From assembly GCA_031291675.1 (NCBI GenBank), contig JARLIO010000084.1:10282-74281 (forward strand): DNA of 64,000 bases. Reading direction: 5' to 3'. Shown here piece by piece: positions 49,764-56,977 of this stretch. The notes under the pieces were generated by a model. That model had not been told where the DNA came from. It saw nothing but the letters and a program-made list of their open reading frames with translations, and did not search any database. Every line of letters starts with the position of its first letter. The stretch's first letter is position 1. The stretch comes from Azospirillaceae bacterium. GTDB lineage: Bacteria > Pseudomonadota > Alphaproteobacteria > Azospirillales > Azospirillaceae. The position numbers were made by a program, and so were the translations under genes.

Positions 49764-50977
49764 GCCTGCAGGCCACGAACCGGAGCGGGAGTCAGCGACG
49801 GGCGCGACCTGAAATGTGCGCGGTCCATCAATCGGTTAACAGTGGGCAGCCCGTCGAGCAGGCCGGGGATGGCCGTGCTCAAGGGTAACGATTGTTCCGG
49901 CAGCGCCCGCAACGCGGCCACCATGGCGCCGGCACGGCGTTCCCCGTCATCGGCCAGCATGCGGACCAGTCCCAATTCCTGGGCCCGGCTGGCCCGGATG
50001 AACTGTTCAAGGCGCGGTACGGTGCGCGGGACCAGCAGAGCACGCTTGTTGAAAGAGAGAATTTCACAAAACGTATTATATCCCCCCATTGCGACGACAC
50101 CCAACGCTGACTGCATCAGCGCCTCGAGGCGAGCCTCGAAGGTGATGGCCTCGATCGCCGGCAGGGCCGCGGCGCGCGCCAGGAATTCCATTTGACGCTC
50201 CTTGGCCATGAAAGGGCCGAGGACAATCAGGGCGCGGTGCGGCAGATCGGGATCCGTCTCGTAGGCGCGCAGCACCCAATCGACCAGGTTTTCGCCATCG
50301 CCACCACCACCAGGCGTCACCAGGATGTAGGGGTAGGACGGAATGTCGTTGTTGAGCGGGGCGCCGGCCGGAACGTGACGCCCGAGATACCCAGTATAAA
50401 TCATCTTGCGCCGGATCACCGGCGACAACTCGATCCCCTCAAGCGGATCACAGAAATCATACAGACCGTAAACCCAGATCTCGTCATAGAGCTTTTCCAG
50501 GGCCGGCACGACGTGCTTGCGTTCCCATTCCGGGGCCAGGATCGCGGGTTCATCCATGACGTCGCGCAGGCCGAGGACCAGCGGTGTGCCGCGGTCCTTC
50601 AGCAGCTTCAGCGTTTCTTCGACCTCGCCCCGCAAACCCAGCGGTTCCTTGTCGACGATGAACAGGTCGGGATCGAAAATTGCCGCGGTATGGCGGATAA
50701 TCGAACCTCGTATCGCCAGCGTCTGCGTGATATCGATTCGAAGGCTGAGCGAACTATATCCGCCATCACGCAGCTTGATCACGCCGGGAACACGCACGAA
50801 ATCCACGTTGGGATGAAAGGTGAAGCTGCCGATGATCGGGGACCCGGACAGGATCAGCACCGACAGGTCAGGATCGTGCTCCGCCAGGGCATGGGCGATC
50901 GCGCGGCAACGGCGCAAATGGCCCAGGCCAAAGCTGTCGTGGCTGTAGATCAAGACGCGGCGTCGTCCCTGTTTCAT
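49760..50977 (-). CDS. glycosyltransferase (GT-B fold, GT28/MurG-like C-terminal domain)
   Basis: VLIYSHDSFGLGHLRRCRAIA... and VVAMGGYNTFCEILSF...LLVPR. First gene of the minus-strand string. Confidence 0.7.
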   Translation of the reverse strand: MKQGRRRVLIYSHDSFGLGHLRRCRAIAHALAEHDPDLSVLILSGSPIIGSFTFHPNVDFVRVPGVIKLRDGGYSSLSLRIDITQTLAIRGSIIRHTAAIFDPDLFIVDKEPLGLRGEVEETLKLLKDRGTPLVLGLRDVMDEPAILAPEWERKHVVPALEKLYDEIWVYGLYDFCDPLEGIELSPVIRRKMIYTGYLGRHVPAGAPLNNDIPSYPYILVTPGGGGDGENLVDWVLRAYETDPDLPHRALIVLGPFMAKERQMEFLARAAALPAIEAITFEARLEALMQSALGVVAMGGYNTFCEILSFNKRALLVPRTVPRLEQFIRASRAQELGLVRMLADDGERRAGAMVAALRALPEQSLPLSTAIPGLLDGLPTVNRLMDRAHFRSRPSLTPAPVRGLQA

Positions 50978-51041
50978 CCCTGTCTCCTGTCGCCGCGCCG
51001 AGTGCTCGGCTTGGATTCTCGCTTAACAGAACATTTCAGGC

Positions 51042-53786
51042 GTGACCATGGGAATTGTAACGCATCGTTTATTTTCGTCGGAGGGTTCTACCGAGCAGAG
51101 CCGTCGAGAACCGGTTGTGCAGGCGCCAGCACCGCAACCGGACCAGATGGACAAGAACATATACAAGTTCATTCTGCGTTACAGCGGGAGACAGCAGATT
51201 TGGCTGGTGTTTCTCACCTTGGTCTCGTTTCCTGCACTTTACTATTCTCTCGATCTGCCAAAAAAAATCGTCAATGAAGCCATCCATGGTGGCACATTCC
51301 CGAAGACGATGCTGAGTTTTCATTTTGATCAACTTGGATATCTCGCGGCGCTATCCGGTCTTTTTCTTATACTGGTCTTCATAAACGGCGGTTTCAAATA
51401 TTACATCAATCTCTATAAAGGCCAGATCGGCGAGAGAATGTTGCGCCGTATCCGCTACGATCTTTATCTTCGAATATTTCGTTTTCCGCTTCCGCAATTC
51501 TCGCGCATATCCTCGGGCGAAATCATTCCGATGATCACGGCAGAGATTGAACCCTTGGGCGGATTTATCGGGGACGCATTGTCGCAGCCGATTTTTCAGG
51601 GCGGAACGCTTCTGGTTTATATCGGTTTCATTTTTGCCCAGGATCCGGTTCTCGGGGCTGCGGCCGTTTCGCTCTATCCGGTGCAGGGCTGGCTGATCCC
51701 TTTTCTGCAACGAAAGGTCAATAACCTCGGCAAGAGGCGGGTCCGGGAGATGCGGCGGATCGCCGATCGAATCAGCGAGTCCGTCAACGGCATCCAGGAA
51801 ATCCATGGCCATGATGGCACGGCCTGGCACCTCGCCGACATCGCACATCGCTTCGGCGATATCTACGATATCCGCTTCGAAATCTATCGCCGGAAATTTT
51901 TTGTCAAATTCCTCAACAATTTCATCAATCAACTGACGCCGTTCTTCTTCTACTCGATCGGTGGCTATCTGGTGATCCGCGGCAGCCTGAGCTTTGGCGC
52001 CCTGGTCGCGGTGTTGGCGGCCTACAAGGACCTCGCCGGGCCGTGGAAGGAATTGCTCGATTACTACCAGCAAAAAGAGGATATCCGGATCAAATATGAG
52101 CAGGTTGTCGAGCAATTCCAGCCGCCCGGCCTGATGCCGTCGGCGCAGATCCTCGGGGATCCCGCCGTGGTGCCGCAATTCACCGGCGTTCTCAGTTTCC
52201 GCAAGGTCGGATATGCCGAGGATGGCGGGCCCCTGGTGCTCAACGACATCACCTGTGATATTCCGCTCGATGGCCACACCGCGATCGTGGGCGGCGCCGG
52301 CAAGGCTGAGATGGCGCAGATGCTGGCGCGACAGATTGTGCCGACGGTGGGCCGGATCACACTCGACGGCCAGGATCTGAGCCAGCTGCCCGACAGTGTC
52401 GTCGGACGGCGCATGGCCTTTGTCGGTCAGATGCCCTATTTTTTCTCATCCAGCCTGCGGCAAAATCTCTATTACGGCCTGCAGCACCGGCCGTTGCGCC
52501 CGGCACTCTATGATGGCGCGATCGAAACACGGATGCGCCGGCGCTTGTTCGAGGCGCGCCAGTCGGGCAACAGCACCGATGACCCCAACGCCGAATGGCT
52601 GGATTACGCCGCCGCCGGCTGTGATGACGATGCCGGACTGCGGCGGCGTGTGCTGGAGCTGGTAACCGGTGTCGATCTGGCCGAGGACGCCTATGCGATG
52701 GGCCTTCACGGCACCTTGAACCCGCAGCGCCAGCCCGAGGAGATTGCCAAGGTTCTGGCCGCCCGCGCCGCGGTGCGCGAGGCGCAAAAGGATCCGCGCC
52801 TGGGTGCCCTGTTCGAACAGTTCGATCCCGATCGCTACAATACCAACGCGTCGGTCGCGGAAAATCTGCTGTTCGGCATCGCGGTCGATTCGCGCCTGGC
52901 GCCCGAAAATCTCGCCGGCAATTCCTATGTCAAACAGGTTTTCGACAAGGTCGGCCTGACCAACGATTTCATCGAGATGGGGCGTAAAGTCGCGGAAACG
53001 ATGATCGAGCTGTTTGCCGACCTGCCCCCCGGGCATCAGTTCTTCGAGCAATTCAGCTTCATCTCCCTGGATGAAATGCCGGATTTCAGGGCGATCGTCA
53101 GCAAATGCGCCAAGGTTGGCGTCTCGGGGTTGGCCCGGGCGGAACGGCTGCGTCTGGTCAGTCTGCCCTTCAAACTGATTACCGCCCGCCATCGACTAGA
53201 CGTGCTGGGGCCGGACATGGAAACGCGGATCATCGCGGCGCGGCGGGTCTTCGCCGCCGATCTTCCGGCACGCTGGCGCGATGCCATCGCCTTTTTCGAC
53301 GTCAATGCCTATAATAGCGCCGCTTCTATTCAGGACAATATCCTGTTCGGGCGTATCGCTTATGGCCATGCCCATGGTGCCGTCAAGGCCGCGACTTTGA
53401 TTTCCCGCGTCGTCGACAAGGTCGGGTTGCGTAGCGCCATTGTCGATGCCGGTCTCGACCAGCCGGTCGGGGTGTCGGGCTCGCGTCTGTCGACGGTCCA
53501 ACGTCAGAAGGCGGCGATCGCCCGGGCATTGATCAAGCGTCCCGACCTGTTGGTTTTGAGCGAAACGACGGCCGCGCTGGATGGCGTCGCCCAGACACGG
53601 ATCCACCAGACCATCCTGAACGAGCGCAAAGGAAAGGGATTGGTCTGGGTTTTGCATAGGCCACGCCTGGCCCGAACCTTCGATCACATCCTGGTGCTCG
53701 ACAATGGCCATCTCATCGAGCAAGGTTCGTTCGAGCAGTTGAATCGTCCTGGAACTAAATTTCATACCCTGCTTCAGGATGAATAG
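51042..53786 (+). CDS. ABC exporter-like protein (N-terminal transmembrane domain plus an atypical, expanded nucleotide-binding domain)
   Basis: Type-I exporter-like TMD (residues ~40-340). NBD has a P-loop-like IVGGAGKA, Q-loop FVGQ, signature-like LSTVQRQK, Walker B-like LLVLSE and H-loop LHRP. Start is uncertain (GTG 51042, ATG 51048 or ATG 51147). Confidence 0.8.
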   Translation: MTMGIVTHRLFSSEGSTEQSRREPVVQAPAPQPDQMDKNIYKFILRYSGRQQIWLVFLTLVSFPALYYSLDLPKKIVNEAIHGGTFPKTMLSFHFDQLGYLAALSGLFLILVFINGGFKYYINLYKGQIGERMLRRIRYDLYLRIFRFPLPQFSRISSGEIIPMITAEIEPLGGFIGDALSQPIFQGGTLLVYIGFIFAQDPVLGAAAVSLYPVQGWLIPFLQRKVNNLGKRRVREMRRIADRISESVNGIQEIHGHDGTAWHLADIAHRFGDIYDIRFEIYRRKFFVKFLNNFINQLTPFFFYSIGGYLVIRGSLSFGALVAVLAAYKDLAGPWKELLDYYQQKEDIRIKYEQVVEQFQPPGLMPSAQILGDPAVVPQFTGVLSFRKVGYAEDGGPLVLNDITCDIPLDGHTAIVGGAGKAEMAQMLARQIVPTVGRITLDGQDLSQLPDSVVGRRMAFVGQMPYFFSSSLRQNLYYGLQHRPLRPALYDGAIETRMRRRLFEARQSGNSTDDPNAEWLDYAAAGCDDDAGLRRRVLELVTGVDLAEDAYAMGLHGTLNPQRQPEEIAKVLAARAAVREAQKDPRLGALFEQFDPDRYNTNASVAENLLFGIAVDSRLAPENLAGNSYVKQVFDKVGLTNDFIEMGRKVAETMIELFADLPPGHQFFEQFSFISLDEMPDFRAIVSKCAKVGVSGLARAERLRLVSLPFKLITARHRLDVLGPDMETRIIAARRVFAADLPARWRDAIAFFDVNAYNSAASIQDNILFGRIAYGHAHGAVKAATLISRVVDKVGLRSAIVDAGLDQPVGVSGSRLSTVQRQKAAIARALIKRPDLLVLSETTAALDGVAQTRIHQTILNERKGKGLVWVLHRPRLARTFDHILVLDNGHLIEQGSFEQLNRPGTKFHTLLQDE

Positions 53787-53857
53787 ATGCTGGATGTCAT
53801 GACCGCAGTGGCGCCGGCAGGGGTAGCGCCCGGGTTCCCTCGGGAACCGATCAAGGA

Positions 53858-54325
53858 GTGCGTATCGTGAGTCTGGCGGAAGAAGTGGAGTTGCTGCGCA
53901 GGATCCCGCTGTTTCACAAGCTGGAGCCGTCCAAGCTGAAGCTGTTGGCTTTTGCCAGCGAGCGGATTCGCTTTGGCGCCGGTGATCTGCTGTGCCGCCA
54001 GGACGAACCGGGGTCCTCGGCCTTCATTGTGATTTGCGGTGAAGCCGAGGTGTTGCTGGAAACACCGGGGGGGCCGGTGCCCCTGGCCCATGTCGGCAAG
54101 AACGACATCATCGGCGAGATTGCGATCCTCTGCGACAGTCCGCGCAGTGCGACGGTGCGCGCGACGACCGATCTGGTTGCGCTGTGCATCACCAAGGAAA
54201 CGCTGCTCTGCCTGATCAACGAATTTCCCCAGATGGCGATCGAAATGCTGCGCATCCTGGCGGCGCGTCTGGAACACACCAACCGGGAACTTCGGTCAAT
54301 CGTCAGTGCCGCCGCCACACACTGA
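53858..54325 (+). CDS. stand-alone cyclic nucleotide-binding domain protein
   Basis: IPLFHKLEPSKLKLLA...FIVICGEAEV...IGEIAILCDSPRSATVRA is a canonical cNMP-binding beta-roll with no DNA-binding domain. The second GTG at 53867 has better spacing to AAGGAG. Confidence 0.85.
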   Translation: MRIVSLAEEVELLRRIPLFHKLEPSKLKLLAFASERIRFGAGDLLCRQDEPGSSAFIVICGEAEVLLETPGGPVPLAHVGKNDIIGEIAILCDSPRSATVRATTDLVALCITKETLLCLINEFPQMAIEMLRILAARLEHTNRELRSIVSAAATH

Positions 54326-55228
54326 TACCGTGGCGGCGGCGGCGCGCCCGGTCCTTGGCCGCGAGGCGATGACGACGCCGGCACTGGCGATCGACACCGC
54401 GGCGACGCCGGCGATCTGCAGGACACAGAGGCGTTGCTCGAGCAGCGCATAACCGCATAAAGCCGAGATCGCCGGTTCCGCACTCATCAGGATGCCGAAT
54501 TGCCACGCCGCGAGGCGGCGCAACGCCGCCATCTCCAGGGCGAAGGGCAGAACCGTGGCCGGCAGCGCCAGCATCGCCGCGAATCCCACATCGATCATAA
54601 GGTCCGTCGGGCTCGCGGGAAGGGTTTGGTGATGGAGCGCGATCACCGTCAAGGTCACCGGGCTTGCGGCCAGGGCGGCGACCAGCAGCGACACCGACAA
54701 TCCCTGGACGCCACGGAATGTGGTCCCGACGCGTTTGGTCAGGACGATGTAGGCCGCCCAGCCCAGGCCGGCACCCGCCGCAAACATCAGGCCGAGGGCG
54801 TCGCCGGGACCGTCGACGCGGTTCCAGGCCAACAGCAGCACCCCGGTGCCGGCCAGCAGGGCCCAGAGCAGGTCCAGCGCGCGTCGCGATCCCGCAATGG
54901 CAACGGCCAGCGGTCCGAGGAAATCGATCGTCGTCGCCATGCCCATGGGGAGGCGGGCGATGGCCTGATAATAGCACAGGGTCATGAACGCCGTGGCGAT
55001 CCCCAGCGCCAGCGCGGCCCCCAGGGAACGGCGCGATTGCCCCGACAAGCGGGGGGGCGCAATGACGAGCAGAATGATCGCGGCGCCCAGCAGGCGCAGC
55101 TCAGCGGTCGCCGCAGTCCCGATTCGGTCCAGCAGGGGAACCGAAAGCGCGGCCCCGATCTGGACCGTCAGCATCGAGCCCAAGGTCAGAACGGGGGCCG
55201 GAATCGCCGCCGCTGCATCGCGTGCCAT
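54296..55228 (-). CDS. EamA/DMT-family transporter
   Basis: ~10 hydrophobic helices and two EamA-like halves. 310 aa. Confidence 0.8.
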   Translation of the reverse strand: MARDAAAAIPAPVLTLGSMLTVQIGAALSVPLLDRIGTAATAELRLLGAAIILLVIAPPRLSGQSRRSLGAALALGIATAFMTLCYYQAIARLPMGMATTIDFLGPLAVAIAGSRRALDLLWALLAGTGVLLLAWNRVDGPGDALGLMFAAGAGLGWAAYIVLTKRVGTTFRGVQGLSVSLLVAALAASPVTLTVIALHHQTLPASPTDLMIDVGFAAMLALPATVLPFALEMAALRRLAAWQFGILMSAEPAISALCGYALLEQRLCVLQIAGVAAVSIASAGVVIASRPRTGRAAAATVSVCGGGTDD

Positions 55229-55290
55229 AGTGTGTCATCCAATTTGCCGTTCGCGGCTGCGAGAAACGCTGACGCGCCGGCGCGACGGCC

Positions 55291-55330
55291 GGTGCCCGGT
55301 GTTCGCTCGGTGCCCGGTGTTCGCTCGGTG
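55291..55330. repeat. 18-bp tandem duplication (2.2 copies of GGTGCCCGGTGTTCGCTC)
   Basis: Exact copies at 55291..55308 and 55309..55326, then GGTG. Confidence 0.85.
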
Positions 55331-55332
55331 GC

Positions 55333-56127
55333 TCAGAGCGCCAGATCCACCAGCACCGGAACGTGATCCGAGGGCTTCGGTTCCCAGCCGCGGGCGTCCC
55401 GCAGCACCTGATAACCCGCCAGCGCCGGCACCAGCGCGGGCGAGACCCAGATATGATCGAGGTGGCGGCCGCGGTTGCTGACGTTCCAATCCTGGGCCCG
55501 GTAACTCCACCAAGTATAGAGCTTTTCGTTCGCCGGGACGAAATGACGGCCGACATCAACCCAGTTGCCGGCTTGCTGCAGCGCCGTCAGTTTTTCGATC
55601 TCGATCGCGGTATGCGACACCACATCCTGCATCTGCTTGTGCGACCAGACGTCATGTTCCAGCGGGGCGATGTTGAAATCGCCGAGCATGATCCGGCGCC
55701 GTGCCGGGTCCTGACGTTCGCCGCACCAGCCGGCCATTTCATCGAGAAATTGCAGCTTGTGGGCGAATTTGGGATTGGCCACCGGGTCTGGAATGTCACC
55801 GCCCGAGGGCACATAGACCGAATGCAGTTCGACGTCACCCGGCAATTCGGCGATGGCATGGCGGCAATCCTCGCGACCGCACCAGTTGCGCCGGGCACAA
55901 TCCGTCAGCGGCAAGCGCGACAGGATCGCGACACCGTTATAGGATTTCATCCCGTGGACATGGCCGAAATTGTAACCGCGCTCGGCGATGGCGGCCATCG
56001 GGAAACTGTCATCGACGACCTTGGTTTCCTGCAGACAGATAACGTCGGGGGCGGTTTCGTCGATCAGGCGCAGCAACAGGGGCAGTCGCAGGCGGACCGA
56101 ATTGATGTTCCAGGTGACGATACGCAA
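55333..56127 (-). CDS. xthA: exodeoxyribonuclease III
   Basis: MRIVTWNINSVRLRL...VICLQETKV...SDHVPV are typical of ExoIII/AP endonuclease. Confidence 0.9.
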   Translation of the reverse strand: MRIVTWNINSVRLRLPLLLRLIDETAPDVICLQETKVVDDSFPMAAIAERGYNFGHVHGMKSYNGVAILSRLPLTDCARRNWCGREDCRHAIAELPGDVELHSVYVPSGGDIPDPVANPKFAHKLQFLDEMAGWCGERQDPARRRIMLGDFNIAPLEHDVWSHKQMQDVVSHTAIEIEKLTALQQAGNWVDVGRHFVPANEKLYTWWSYRAQDWNVSNRGRHLDHIWVSPALVPALAGYQVLRDARGWEPKPSDHVPVLVDLAL

Positions 56128-56280
56128 ATCGGGTCTCTCGACGCCAGTGGCGGCCCAGGGCCGGATGGCGTCAAGTCCTACCGGGTTCCGGCGGCAATGC
56201 CAAGCGGGGGCTGCAACCTAATCCGCCGAACGGGGCGGCGCGCGGTTGACGTCTTCACCCCCGGTTCGGTGTTGCCGCGT

Positions 56281-56931
56281 TCAGCGGTGATGATCCACGG
56301 TGGGCGCGTGGAAATAGAACAGGTCGGAATCGAGAGCCATGCCGGTCTGTGGATTCTGCAGAGCGACCTCGGTGATCGCGTTCTGGGCGTCGACGACGCG
56401 CCATTTGCGCAGATTGAATGGCCGGTCTTCAAATACCAGAGTCAATTCGCCCTTTCCGGGATCCTTGGTTTCGATCATCGAGATGTCGAGTTCGCCGGAA
56501 ACATGGACGACCCGGGTCACGGTGATGTCACCTTCAAGGCGCACCGGATCGCGCAGAATCAGATCGGCCAGGGAACTGCCCAGGGGCGCGCTGCTCTGCT
56601 GCTGCAACTCGCCATCCCAATACGACACGAACAGACCGTCGGAAACCACAAGGCTGTCATTGGGCGCGTCATATTGCAGGCGCATCTTGCCGGGGCGCTG
56701 CATCGAGAACACCCCCTTGGACACGCTGCCATCGGGATTGCCCTGGATGAAGCCGGCACGGAGTGTTTTGATCCCGTTGAGATAGGTTTCAGCCCGTGTG
56801 ACCTCGGCACGTTCGGCATCGGTCAGGGGTCGCACCGTGGCGCTGGCCGGGAGCCCCGGAACGGTGAGCAGCAGGGCCAGCAACAGGGTCAACCGGTTCA
56901 GGACGGCACGAATTGGTTTCATCATCATCAT
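56281..56931 (-). CDS. lolA: outer-membrane lipoprotein carrier protein LolA-like
   Basis: Signal peptide, ...TLRAGFIQ...GKMRLQY... pattern, and the conserved position directly downstream of ftsK. Confidence 0.75.
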   Translation of the reverse strand: MMMMKPIRAVLNRLTLLLALLLTVPGLPASATVRPLTDAERAEVTRAETYLNGIKTLRAGFIQGNPDGSVSKGVFSMQRPGKMRLQYDAPNDSLVVSDGLFVSYWDGELQQQSSAPLGSSLADLILRDPVRLEGDITVTRVVHVSGELDISMIETKDPGKGELTLVFEDRPFNLRKWRVVDAQNAITEVALQNPQTGMALDSDLFYFHAPTVDHHR

Positions 56932-56977
56932 GGCCGCCGCCCGGGAAAGGTCGCATCGCTTCGGGGGGCGGCATGCC

